DNA of 63,641 bases, filler included, from Choristocarpus tenellus KU-1152 (Eukaryota; Protista; Phaeophyceae): assembly GCA_964200185.2 (NCBI GenBank). It is 12 parts of 12 records of this genome, joined end to end, with 100 filler letters (N's around TTAATTAATTAA, not from the genome) between each part and the next. Parts side by side here need not be neighbours in the genome. Positions count along the whole stretch, not along the records: positions 9,837 to 12,801 come from CAXNAD020023307.1; positions 12,902 to 20,490 come from CAXNAD020005918.1; positions 20,591 to 26,001 come from CAXNAD020010872.1; 9 more parts are not named here. One strand, written 5' to 3'. Below, piece by piece: positions 11,774 to 23,916 of the stretch. The translations under genes were made by a program, and so were the position numbers. Below the pieces are notes generated by a model. The model worked only from the letters and a program-made list of their open reading frames with translations. It searched no databases and was not told the origin of the DNA. Numbering within the stretch: the first letter of the stretch is position 1; the number at the start of each line of letters is the position of its first letter.

Positions 11774-13765
11774 TTGCCTGTATCTTCAGCAGGGTATATA
11801 ATCAGTTTTGGCACGAGGTGCTCGCTCCTTACTTAGCGCCAACAGCAAGGGGAAGGGAGGCCAATTCCACCTGCAGATTTGATCCAAACTTGAACAGTGA
11901 TCTCCGTTCAAATACGAGACGCTACGACCACCCTGAAAGGCCTCATATATATTTGGTTGGAAGATGTTTGTAAGGTGAAAGGATGAGGGTAGAAGTGACA
12001 GTGATTTCACTACTATAGTGCAATCAGGGCAAGTAGAAGGTAGACCAAAGAGTCAGCAGGACTACATGTGTCAGAGTTGATGCGTGTAGTGGTTGAGGAC
12101 TGGAGTAAATTTCCACATTCCATCCATGGTCCATTCTGCCTCAAGACCTCCATCTCCATATCTGCAACAACTCACTCTGATTCGGCAATACGGTTAAATC
12201 AAGATATTATAGGGGCATACCCTCACTTTTCGGTGGGGGAGTGTGGATCCGCAGGGTTGAAAACTGGATAGAGTAATGGTTATTTGGAGAGGGTTGAAAA
12301 GATGATATGATCGTGATTTTCTTGTTGTGGTACAAGTGATCTTGGGGTCCATCCATAAATGATCGTGACATCACGATCTGTAATATCGGATGAGATTGGG
12401 TAATACATTTTCACGTGTTGTACAATATATACACAACCACATATGTTGCCACGTAGAGTTTGGAACATCATAATAACATCGAAATTTGAAACCACATAAT
12501 AGATTAGATTAATGAAGGTAGGAATGTGGGAGCGATTGTTATGATTTTTCCTCAAATCAGATTTTGTATTAGTAGTAAAGATATATAGTACGATGTGTAG
12601 TATGTGATGACTAAAGGGATAGGAGGTTTGGTGGTCTGATACTTCAAGTAGATTAATATGGTGAGTGGAATATTGAATTCCGATAGGTACAACCTAATAT
12701 GAAGGTATTATACAGATACTATGCAAAGTGCAGTAATACACATTGTGACGGACAGGTCCCTTCGGGAGCTGATCTTAGTCCAAATACACATCCGCGCACA
12801 CNNNNNNNNNNNNNNNNNNNNNNNNNNNNNNNNNNNNNNNNNNNNTTAATTAATTAANNNNNNNNNNNNNNNNNNNNNNNNNNNNNNNNNNNNNNNNNNN
12901 NCCCACCCCACCCCACCCCCGATACTTTCGTCCAAACCACAATTCAGCAAAGCTTCTTTTTGCACTTGTACAAGAAAGCGCCTTTTTGAACTTCTTGGGA
13001 TCCTTAAAATGCAACCCTGCCTACCTCTCTATTGGTTTGGCTCATTGTTGAATCCTCTTCAGCGAGCAATATATCTTGATTTTATTCCTACAATCTCCAC
13101 ACAACTTATGGCGGCTGGTTTCCTGCGTAGGAGATGGAAGCGAGTCTCTTGTCCTGTATCTCATCCAGTAGCAACTCCCAGATGTATAGTAGGTTGAGTT
13201 GTAGGTGACAGCGTTGAGGTCGAAGAGCAATTCCTCTCTGTCAAGCAGCCACAAAGTTACGTCAGTCCATTGTTGCCTCTACTACGGCTCTAAAATCACA
13301 GTCAAGTGTAGTCAACAATCAACCACTTTCAAGGTATCCAACAGTACCTACATCTTCCGTCTTCTTTTATGATGCCAAGATGCCAATATCCAAGGTTCCG
13401 GTGCAGTAGTAGTGCCCTTACAGCATATCTCCATCTAAAAAGTGGCGAAAACATGCAGCAATAGTTACTGGAAACTGTGTGTCCCTGGCTGCATTGGGGG
13501 CAGTCACTTCAACCTGCAAATCACTTAGCACTGAAAAGATTTGAGCTGGCTACCATTTCCAACTGCATCAATGACAGAGTTGTAGGTAGAGGCATCCGGG
13601 GTGATTCCTCTGGTCTGCATCTCATCTAGCATTAACAAAACCCGTCCCCACTGCCCTCCACTCCCATAAGCCTTGATGATGGAGTCGTACTTAATCAAGT
13701 CAGAAGAAATGCCCTTGGCCTCCATCTTCTCCAGCAGCGGTAGGAATTGTTTCCACTGGCACATA

Positions 13766-14023
13766 GAGCCAAAGTATCTAAGAGGGTAGAGCCGCGTCCA
13801 TTATTGGGTCAAAATTCAATGTTGCAATTTCGATGTAATTTTGGCTGTCGTGTTTGTAAGGAAGTGTCAATATCCTTTTCCGGACACACCTTTTCAAAAC
13901 GTTTACATTTTACCTACTCCGAAATTATTTTGGAGTGGGAAAATGTCATAAAAACCCCAAGGAAAGCCAAGCCCCAAATGGACATACAGGGCAAAACTCG
14001 TACCCTCTAAGATACTTTCACTC
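13766..14023 (+). mobile_element. MITE family A copy in PPR pseudogene
   Basis: 3-bp TSD ATA; removal restores SCQDMCQW. Confidence 0.93.
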
Positions 14024-14148
14024 ATATCCTGACAAGAGTTGATAGCTGAGTTGCAGATGTACAAATCTTGGGAAACCCCCTTTGCCGGCATCTTACCCAA
14101 AAGCAAAATGGCATGGTCCCATTGCCCCCCATCACCGCAGGCCATAAT

Positions 14149-14407
14149 GAGTGAAAGTATCTTAGAGGGTACGAGTTTTTCCATGTTTGTCCATTTGGGA
14201 CTTGGCTTCCAATGTCTTTTTTTATGACATTTACCCACTCCAAAATATTTAGGAGTAGGTAAAATGTATAGATTATGAAAAGGTGTGTCCGGAACATGGA
14301 TATTGACACTTCCTAATAAACACAATAGCCAAAATTACATCAAAATCACAACATTGGATTTTGGCCCCCAAATGGACGCGGCTCTACCCTCTAAGATACT
14401 TTGGCTC
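14149..14407 (-). mobile_element. MITE family A copy in PPR pseudogene
   Basis: 3-bp TSD AAT; removal restores YNSVIMAC. Confidence 0.93.
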
Positions 14408-15523
14408 AATGACTGAATTATACATGAGGGTAATGGGTAGAATCCCTTTCACCTGCATCCAATCCAGCAAAGATGGAATGTGTTCCCACCTTTTACTTTC
14501 TCCACAGGCCTTGATGTTTGAGTTTTAGGTAACTACATCATGGGCAACCCCCTTTGTGTGCATCTGTTCCAGCAGTGACATTGCTTGCTTCCTGCTTCCA
14601 CCCCCCCTCATCCCCAAACGATGACTAAGTTGAAGGTGTATATGTCAGGGGAAATGCCGACATCATGCATCCTATTGAGGTGTGACAGAACATATGCCCT
14701 CTGCCCTCCATCCTCACAAGGCTTGATAGACGAATTGAAGGGGTAAACATGAGTGGCAAACCCCTTCCCCTGCATTTCATCCGGCAACAATAGAGCGCAT
14801 TTTCAGTGCCTCTTTTTTGCAGAGGCATCAATCACATTGGTATAAATATGAAAGTCGTGAGGGAAACTCCTTTGCCCAGCATATTATCCAGAACAACCGA
14901 ACACGTTCCCACTGTGCCCCATGTCCACAGCCTTGATGGCTGTCCTGTTGACATATACGCCTGGGGTGAACTCGTTCCCCCCCATTTTGCGCTGCAGGTG
15001 ATCACAATTGGTGCAATCCTGTTGGCCTGCATTGTATCCAGTAGTGACAACATACTTTTCCATTGTCCTTCATCTCCCCTGGCCTTTATGGCGGAATTGT
15101 AGGCTACTGCATTGGGATTAATTATTTTGGCTTGCATCTCTTTCAGCAGTGACAAGCCACAATTCCATTGTCCCCCATTACTACATGCTTCAATGACCAA
15201 GCTGTAGGTAATTTCATCGAGAGCAATACCATCAGTCTGCATTTTGTCCAGGAGTGACAGAGCATGTCCACTGCTTGCAACTGGCCATCACATTAATAGA
15301 GCTGCAACACATGATGGTGTTGATACTGTGCCACTGGCCTTGGCTTCATGTAGAGGTCGCAGTGACCCAGTGCAGTTCCTGATCTTCCTCATTGTCTGCT
15401 TATGTTTTACAAACAACTTCTGACGAGAGACTTTTGACCTTCTTCGTGGATGAATATCACCATTTGCTCCAGCCTTTACCTTGAGCGTGTTCCATGTTTC
15501 CATGTCCCCACGTTTGTTCCACA

Positions 15524-16094
15524 TGTTGAAACCCGGGATTGAATGAATCGTGCTCTTGTATGGTGGCAGGTTGGTTGCGGTAAAGGGATATCATAGTACA
15601 ATGAAGCACCGGTGAATTCTGACTGATGAACCTACTAGTGACATGCTTTGCACAGTCGGAGGTTATTTAGAGTAGTGATGTTGGGTAATCCTTGGTGTAT
15701 TCAAAGGAAGAGATTCATGCTCTGTGTAGAGGCTTGTCACCTTGTGAAGGATTTGTGGATACTTTAACTCTGAATATATTGTATCCAACTGTGTGTCAGG
15801 TACACTTAGTGCAGAGTGAACTCGAGGTCTAAGTGGGAGTAAGGAAACCAGAGAAAAAAGAATAATTAACATATGAGATACCACTGATGGTTCTGATTTG
15901 ACAGATGTAGACTGTTCCATACTTGCTATGAACCATGATGTTCTAACATTATTAGTTGATGATGCTATCATGAGGCGCCAAGGATGTAAATGTGGGTAAC
16001 GAGCAGTACCGATATGTGAATCAACAGTCAGTATGAGCTGGTAATTACTGCATCGTATCAAGCACACAAAAGATGAGTAGCCTATGTTTTAACA
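15524..16094 (+). mobile_element. Solo LTR (family L1)
   Basis: TGTTGAAAC...GAGTAGCCTATGTTTTAACA; 5-bp TSD CCACA. Confidence 0.88.
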
Positions 16095-16659
16095 CCACAT
16101 CCCCTGTTTGAACAGAATAAGGTACTCGACCTATATTGTTGGCTAGGGTACTGCAACTGTCTGTGTTTGTGTGTAGGTGTAATCCATATAACCGAAAGTG
16201 GTATGTTCTGTACTGCAATGTTATGAACGCGAAGTCCTTTCTTCAGTATGATTGAAGGTGTTAAAGGCGAACGACATATTTGGGAGAGTTGATCACTCCA
16301 CACACAACTCTGACATACCTCAACCATCAACTGAACCTTACGAGATGTCATATATGATGATTGCGATAGGTACAGTCACGTGGTCCGTAATTTGTTTTTT
16401 AACGCATGAATCTATTATTTTGAAATTTCGTCCCACCACATTGCTCGTTCTCGTATTTTTGATAGAACTCTAAACCCCTTTCTCTGTGTGAACATATTTA
16501 TGACCATAAGCACCTCATTCTGTCACTTAAGGTGGGTCCAGGTCGACATGTTTGGTCGTCATCGGCTAGGTGAATCGTGTCCAGAGTATCAGGAAAGTGC
16601 AGGGGCACGGCTGGAGCATTGCAGGATACTACATACTCCGGACTAGTAGATATTTTCAA

Positions 16660-18003
16660 CCTACGCTTGATGAAGACAATTGAAGAAATACAGTCAAGAG
16701 ACCAGAAACTGCACTGGATTATTTAAACTCTAGATGCAACCAAGGCGAGCAACACGAGCGTCACCACCTTCACCTGTAGCAGCTGCATCGACTTGATGAA
16801 ATTTGATGGTTGATCTGTTCCTGCTTCAGCGAGACGAAGGTAGAGGATAATTCTCCCAACACATTCACATATAGCGCGGAAAACAAATCTTGCGGAGAAG
16901 GGAGACAGTGGCAAAAAGCTGTTGTTCTTAGATGTGGTGAGGACGAAGAACATTTCCCAGTTCCCTCTATATATCAGCACAGTCATCTAGGCCAGTGTAG
17001 ACTAGGGTCGAGACCAACATGCTCTGTCGGTTGTTGATGTCATGACTGTCAACGGGGCTGCCGTTGATACCTAGACTCTGATTTAGTGACAAAGGCTTGT
17101 GGAGATGTGGGTCAACGGGTTTGTGCTCTGTTGTTGGTAAAGTGGATACAAAAGGTGGAATTGTAGTATGCCTACAAGGTTCGCGTGCACTCATCTATAA
17201 TATGACCACCAGAGCTTGCAGACATGTGGGGCCGTGGAAACATGCTTTGCTGTGCTGTAGAAGATACAGACTAACAGGGTTACTCTAATGTCTGCATCAG
17301 TAATCTGGTCATCAAGACCTACTTGTCCAGATAGGGAACAGTAGGGTTGTGCACTGTTATTGTTACAGAGGACGCGTTCAACCACAACACTTGCATCTTG
17401 GCTTTTGCGGGTAAGGAACGGTAGGAATATTTTTCGTTATTTGCTGGGAGAGATGCAAACGAAGGGGACTGCCCTGGATGCAGTCACTCAACCACACAAC
17501 TTCCAACAAAGCACATGGAGACTAGAGCATGCAGGTGTGGGTGAAATGTAGACAGAGGGGATTGTACTTAATACCTCGACCTGCAAGCCATCCGAGCCTC
17601 TGAGGGGTGGTACCATGAATCCCTGATGGCGGAAGATGCCTTGACAATTGTCATTAAAGTCTTTAGAAATGGGGTCAATAATCACGTGTTTTATCACTCT
17701 GTTGTAAGATGGTGGGTTTATCGGGTTGCCCCAACTGCGGGTACCTACTACTGCTCAGCCACTAACGCTTGCAAGGATGTACGGCAATGGGACAATGCTA
17801 TGTTTTGTTGCTCTGAATGAGATGCTGGCCACTGGGTCTGTTGAGAATATGATCACCTATGCCATAGCCATCAGGGCCTCCATAGACAAGGGGCAATGGC
17901 AACTCATTACTCTAATTGATAAAATGGAGGCTAAGGGAATCCACGGACTGAATATGATTCAAACCCTTTTGCCCTATGGCAGCCCTGACCGCCTAGCCTT
18001 GTA
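16660..18003 (+). pseudogene. Decayed intronless PPR gene, paralogue of 13450-15523
   Basis: PPR motif relics (PNTFTYSAENKSCGEGRQWQKAV; ITYAIAIRASIDKGQWQ...DKMEAKGI) with frameshifts and stops; shares a pre-PPR leader with the minus-strand copy. Confidence 0.85.
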
Positions 18004-18319
18004 AGAGATTGTATGTAATGGATTCCGCGCTCACCTTTTTGTGTGATGGTGCTGATCATGGCATGCACTAGAGATTAACATGTTAGTTCTTGTCCTCATG
18101 ACGCGAGGGAGGCAATGTAGCTAGGAAATGCCAAGACTAGTTGTTGTTGCTTGCTTTTGAGTTTTTGCTGCTTTCATTCGATCAGTGACTTTGTGGAGAT
18201 TTCCAAGATGTAGGCAAGAAGATATCGAAGAAAACTACTTTTTCCAGTCACAAGCAGCGTTCCACACCACTGAACTAGTCAAGAATATAAATCACGTTGC
18301 GCACAGAAAAGAGTTAAAG

Positions 18320-18547
18320 CAAATGAGAGGTAGGCAGTTTTGGGACTTTCTGCTTTCCAAGCTATCTTTCTTACCCTGTGCAATACACTCTATTTCATTG
18401 CATTATGTGCACAATAGTATACGCAAATTTACATTCTCCCTTTCCGCACACAAAGTGACACCACAATTAAGCAAGGACTCTTTCTGCTGTACAAAATATT
18501 TTATTTTTGCCATCTCTCAGCATCCTTAAAATGCAACCTTGCCTACT
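18320..18547 (+). mobile_element. MITE family C (also 19259-19494 inverted; fragments ~12937-13025 and ~37190-37312)
   Basis: TIR (CAAATGAGA)GGTAGGCA / TGCCTAC; shared ATCCTTAAAATGCAACC near one end; ~220 bp. Confidence 0.6.
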
Positions 18548-18984
18548 AAAGCAGCACTTGGGGTTCATAATTTGTCCACCTCCCCCGCACTGAGGTTTGT
18601 TTATATGTGACAGGCAGCACTTTGGCGAGAGACTTGCATAATGTTGGTTTCATCTAGCCAGTGCTTATATATAGAGATAAAAGTCGCATGGAGGCCATTT
18701 TCAAATGTGCTTCACACACTCTTAAACATGTCACCCTGTAAATAATTGGTCACCATCATCTCAACCCTAGCAGGCAACCATGGTGATCGATGATGCTGAT
18801 ATGACTAGTGTTCATGCACCAGGTAATGAAGATTGGCATACTGCTATTAATAGGCCGTTTCCCACTTCCTCCCCACAGCTGCTTTCTTTGATTACCCCAC
18901 AGTCTGCATCATTGTAACACCATGACCCATGCCAGTTTATGTCGGGTGTATCTACTCAGTTGTACAGCAAACTAATCCCAGCTC

Positions 18985-19170
18985 TTAGCATTTTTCGGGG
19001 ACTGCTTGAATACTGGCCATGGATGATTGGATTTCGTGCTGAAACCACACGATAACCGCGCTGATGTTATCTACTGATCCTCCATTAAGGGCATGCTCAG
19101 TCAAGTCCTTAGCGGCTTGTTGCAAGTCTGGGTTCTGTGTCAAACAGACTCGAACAAAGTTTACTGCCTC
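18985..19170 (-). CDS. Protein phosphatase 2C (PPM family), terminal exon
   Basis: EAVNFVR...AAKDLTEHALNGGSVDNISAVIVWF...* contains the PP2C C-terminal GSxDNIS motif; AG acceptor at 19172-19171. Confidence 0.88.
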   Translation of the reverse strand, partial: EAVNFVRVCLTQNPDLQQAAKDLTEHALNGGSVDNISAVIVWFQHEIQSSMASIQAVPEKC

Positions 19171-20280
19171 CTGTGTGTGTGTGTGTGTGTGTGTGTGTGG
19201 AGCATTTGAGGCATGAGACAAAAGAGAGGAATCAGTCAGCTCTCTCAAAGCGTCAGACCAAATGAGAGGTAAGCAGGGTTGTATTTCAAGGATCCCGAGA
19301 AAGGGGGAACAGGTGTCATTCTGTACAATTGCAGAAAGAGCCTTTGCCGATTTGTGGTGTCAGTGTGTGGAAATTGGTAGTGTCAATTTGATGCACACCG
19401 TTACACACATCAAGCAATGAGATAGAGTGTATTGCGCAGGGTAAGAATGATGGCTTGGAATGCAAAAGGGTCCAAACTTGCCTACCTTCATTTGATTTGG
19501 CTCATAGTAAAACCGGTGCCTCAGCACAAGTCACTGCTTCAAACCGGCATTTTTGCACTCTTCTTATCAAAATTGGCGTTGAGGAGAACATTTGCCTCGA
19601 TAGCTGTTTGATGGGATATATATTGTTGCTGTGTTGCAAGGTGAGAGTTCTTGACCACACAGTAGACAGCTAGGTGTGCTGATCCAAAGACTAATGAACA
19701 TATGCGTTTTTGTAGTCTTCCCTCTAACTGGTGGTTTGGATAGATAGAATTCGTGAGGAGCACAGCAAAAATCGTCTTCAATTCATTTGGATTTTTTCGG
19801 TTCAATTGACAGCGCACAGGGCGAGGCAAAAGCCCCCTGGCTAGAGAGAGGTCCTGTCTAAGTCACAAAAATTTGACTTACATTGTCTTTTCTGCACTCT
19901 TACTACACTCTTCCCACACTCCTATTGCACTCCTATTACACTGCCAGAAGCAGTATCTCCTGTGCTATCTTAGATGGACAGTTGCCCACGTTTTGTATTA
20001 ATAAAGGCAGGGCATTATGTGGCTGAGGGGTTGAGAAGAGGACTCTGTCATGATATCAAAACAATTGTTCCAGTGTACAGCTTTAAAGTATATTTTATGC
20101 CTGGAGATATTCTTGAGAGGTTTGCCAGAAGTAGTAAGGCGCATTAAAGGGAACTATTTCGTATCCATTGTCCACAACGAACTCTCTTTCTACCCTCCTC
20201 TCTTTTCCTTTGTTGCCATGACACAGTGAGCCCACCATTCCAGGTAAATGTTCCAAAGTCAATACCGAGTGACTTCATCT

Positions 20281-20455
20281 GGCTCAAAGTATCTGGGGGG
20301 GTGGCGGCTGTCCATTTGGGACCAATTTTTTCATGTCGCGATTTTTTGGTGATTTGGTTCCATACGTCGGATGGATAATGAAAGTGCACTTTTCCTGGTT
20401 TGCCCCAAATAATGGACACCCTGGTGTAGACCCCCCCCCCCAGATATTTTGGGTC
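20281..20455 (+). mobile_element. MITE family B copy
   Basis: GGCTCAAAGTATCTGGGGG ... CCCCCAGATATTTTGGGTC. Confidence 0.88.
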
Positions 20456-20590
20456 AAGGGCGTAGGTGAGCAACCCAGGTATAGAAGGAGNNNNNNNNNN
20501 NNNNNNNNNNNNNNNNNNNNNNNNNNNNNNNNNNTTAATTAATTAANNNNNNNNNNNNNNNNNNNNNNNNNNNNNNNNNNNNNNNNNNNN

Positions 20591-21401
20591 GGGGGGGGGT
20601 GGGGGGGGGGGGGGGGGGGGGGGGGGTGGTGGGGGGGGGGGTGGGGGGGGGGGGGGGGGGGGGGTTGAGGTGGGTTGGAGTGGAGGAAGGAGTGAGGTGG
20701 GTTGGAGTGTGGGGGTAGGGGGTGCTCCGACCTGTGGAGGGGGGTGGGTAGGGTGTGAGTTTTGGCCCAGGATGTGTGGTGAAAAGAGGTAGGTGGATTT
20801 GGGCTGCACTGGCATTATTCAGACGGGCTATGAGCCCACCAGGAGGGTGTCTTTGGCTGGTGAAGGTGGTGTAAGTGTGATTGAAAAGCGTGGGAATGGG
20901 TAGGTGTGTTCCACAATGGGGGCATGTGAGAGGGTGGTTGGCATCTTCGTAGAGGCTAACCATGCAGTTAAGGTGGAGCAAGCACTCACAAGGGAAGGTG
21001 CCCTGGTGGTCTGGGGGGAGAGGTTCTAGGCAGCTTGGGCAGGGAGGGAATGAAGGGGGAGGGACTGAGGGGTGGGGGTATGGGATGGAGATTAGGCGGA
21101 ATGGTGGGATGGCAAAAGGGGTGAAGGGCAATTGTGAGCGAATGGATTCCAGCACGGCTTTGGTTCCCACACTCCTCTCCATGGCAGCGTAGTAGTGTTC
21201 TGGGTGGCGGTGCGGCAGGTGCGGGGCACGGAATGGGATGCAGGGGCCAGGCGCGGAGGTATAGAGCTGAGGCACAGTCCAGATCCAGTGAGTATGTGCA
21301 GGAGAAGGGGAGTACTGGCCGTTGTACCTGGGAAAAACAGATGGCACAGTGTTCCGATGTGAGCTGGCATGGTTGCTGAGGTGGTCGTGGGTTGGGGTCA
21401 C
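20591..21401 (-). CDS. Pro-rich ORF with a C4HC3 RING-like zinc finger (host gene or TE ORF; runs into poly-C and a linker)
   Basis: CPSC-x13-CEC-x2-H-x2-C-x13-CPHC in an open frame of ~270 codons. Confidence 0.45.
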
Positions 21402-21909
21402 CAGTCCACGAGGCTGGCCATCGAATCCCAGTAATGCCTCTTATCACCATCTCTCCTGTCTCCTCCTCGTTGTTGTCGTGGAGGGGTAGCCCCCTCTCCC
21501 TGCGACCATTGTCATAATCCTCTACCACCTCTCCAGCCCCATCCCCCTTGGTGCCCATTCGGTTTTCCGTCCGACCTTCTCCATCCTGTAAAAACGAAAC
21601 CTGTCCGCCTATTCCCGAAGAAGAGTGGTGTGCTCTGCTTATATTCCTCCCTTGCCTGTGCCTATCTCGTGGGCCGCCATCCCCATTCTCAATCACCTCC
21701 ACAACCTCGTCCTCGTGTGAGCCCATTCTGTTCTCCATCCGTCCTTCTACATTCTGGAAAATCGAAATATGTTCATCTATACTAGCTCCTCACCCCTGCC
21801 TGTCTCGTGCACCATCTTCGCCTTCCTCCATCACCTCCACAGCCCCATCCCCTCCCTCCAATTATATATATTCATTTGTACCTTATCATTGGTACGTGAT
21901 AGTAAGTGT

Positions 21910-22679
21910 AAGATCATCAGTTACCATTACAACCCCATGGTGCATGAGAAGTATAGAGAGTCGAAGTATCTTAGAGGGTAGAGCTGCATCCGTTTGGGGG
22001 GCATAATCCAATGTTGTGATTTTGATGTAATTTTGGCTATCGTATTTGTAAGGAAGTGTCAATATCCATGTTCTGGACACACCTTTTTGAAACATACACA
22101 TTTTACCTACTCCAAAACGTTTCGGATTAGGTAAAATGTGAAAAAAAAAACTCGTGGGAAGCCAAGCCCCAAACGGACAAATAGGGCAAATCTCGTACCC
22201 TCTAAGATACTTTCACTCAGAACAGTCAACATATTTCAAACATACAAGCATAGTATGTGCCAAATGAGTTGTCCCAAATATTGATTCAAGTTTGTTTCTT
22301 TGTTTTCTGATCTTCGCATCAGAACCACCCGTTGTATCTTGTATGATGATTCTTTTTTCTCTGCTTGCTTTACCCCCACTTAGACCTTGTGCTCACTCTC
22401 CACTAAAAGTGCCCAATACACAACTGGATGCAATATTTTCAGAGTTAAACAAAACTCTTCTTGACAATATGACAAGCCTATACACAAAGGATGAATATCT
22501 TCCTTTGAATATACCAAGGGATACTCTACATCACTGTACCAGATAATCTCTGACTGTGCAAAGCATGCCACTAGGTTCAGCACAAATTCATTGATGCTTC
22601 ATTGCACTATGACATCCCTTCACCACAACCAACCTGTCACCATTCAAGAGCACAATTAATTTAATCCCAGGTTTCAACA
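21910..22679 (-). mobile_element. Truncated solo LTR (family L1), interrupted by MITE-A
   Basis: Ends GGTTTCAACA (reverse complement of TGTTGAAACC); internal similarity to 15524-16094. Confidence 0.75.
21958..22218 (+). mobile_element. MITE family A copy
   Basis: Full TIRs; 3-bp TSD AGA. Confidence 0.92.
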
Positions 22680-23634
22680 TGTATCACCAAGTCCCCATAC
22701 CTTGCCCACGGTCTAGCCACCTTAATCTTTTGTCACAATTTGGATTCTTCTTCAACTGTTCTTTCCCCAGTCTACTTTGCATGTGCACTCCCCCAAGATT
22801 TCAACCACACTCTCAGGGCACTCAACCCAATTGGTATTCCACACTCGATTCCATGGACACATCTCGAGAATTACATCATCAATTTATGGATACCGTAACC
22901 ACAATCAGTCCTTCACTAGGGCTGTAGCTGAACTTGATTATAGTGAAAAGAGGTCGATTGGACCAAGAGGTTCCGAGGAATCAAATGAACGAGCAGATAC
23001 ATGCATCTTTTAAGACCTCAGCTCACATCTGAGGGTGTTTGAATATTGGGGGGGGGAATATTTTCAAGTAATTTGCAATTCCTTGCATGGCAAATTTCTC
23101 CTTTCATTATTGGTGAACCAAGGCTTGCCTGCTCAAGGTGAACCCTTTACACTTAGTCTGGTGTACCTGAAACAAGGGCACAGCACCTATAGTGGAGGTC
23201 ACATGCTCCCCGTTGCTGGAGCTACATGAAGTACACTCACTTGACCTCATCCACTGCTGCAACGAGTTGATCACGACAGCACATGTCCACAAAACTGTAG
23301 TGTAGCTCCTTGATGGAATCGGTGTGGTGAAAATAATGTCAGAAGGTGAATTGCTGTTGTTGGTATGCAAGTGTGGTACGAATTTCAGTTAAGTTAAGGT
23401 CTCGCATTGAGTCACATTGAACAGCATGCATATGGCCAAGCACACAGGCGAGTTACAACAAACAAACAAGGGGAAGGTCAAAATGAGACTGCTAGTTGCA
23501 ACCTTTCAGTGTATTCAAGGTCGAGTTAGTCATGGCAACTAGTCCTTGTGCATAAGTTCCATATCTATTGGCAACCCCTCACAGTCTATGAACCCTCGTT
23601 CCCCACAACACAGAGATGGTGAAGAGGGAGGGAG

Positions 23635-23916
23635 AGATGAAAGCTTTTCGGAAGTAGTAGTTTACCCCTGTTTGTCCGTTCAGGGCGTGGCTTCCCACAG
23701 GTTTTTTATGCCCTTTTTTCGGTTTTCTGTGAACACAGTTACCTACTCCAAAATGTTTTAGAGTATGTAGAATGAACACGACTATGAAAGGCGTGTCTGG
23801 AGCAAGGAAATTGGCAATTGCTAACAAACACAATAGCCAAAATTTCATCAAAATCACAATATTAGATTAATGGCCCCGAACGGACACAGACCTACCTTCT
23901 GAAGTGCTTTACATCT
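23635..23916 (-). mobile_element. Divergent MITE-A-related subfamily copy
   Basis: Internal similarity to family A (GGCTTCCCAC, GTGTCTGGA, ATAGCCAAAATT) with altered termini AGATG/CATCT. Confidence 0.65.

Larger units (their letters stand above)
13450..15523 (-). pseudogene. Decayed intronless pentatricopeptide-repeat (PPR) gene
   Basis: Repeated 35-aa motifs (ITYSLVIEACSNGGQWNCGLSLLKEMQAKII; YDSIIKAYGSGGQWGRVLLMLDEMQTRGITPD) with many frameshifts and stops, two MITE-A insertions and a solo LTR at the 5' end. Confidence 0.9.

Noticed and set aside
20591-20665. Poly-proline / G-quadruplex-like G run
   Set aside because: At a contig end where G-run length is unreliable
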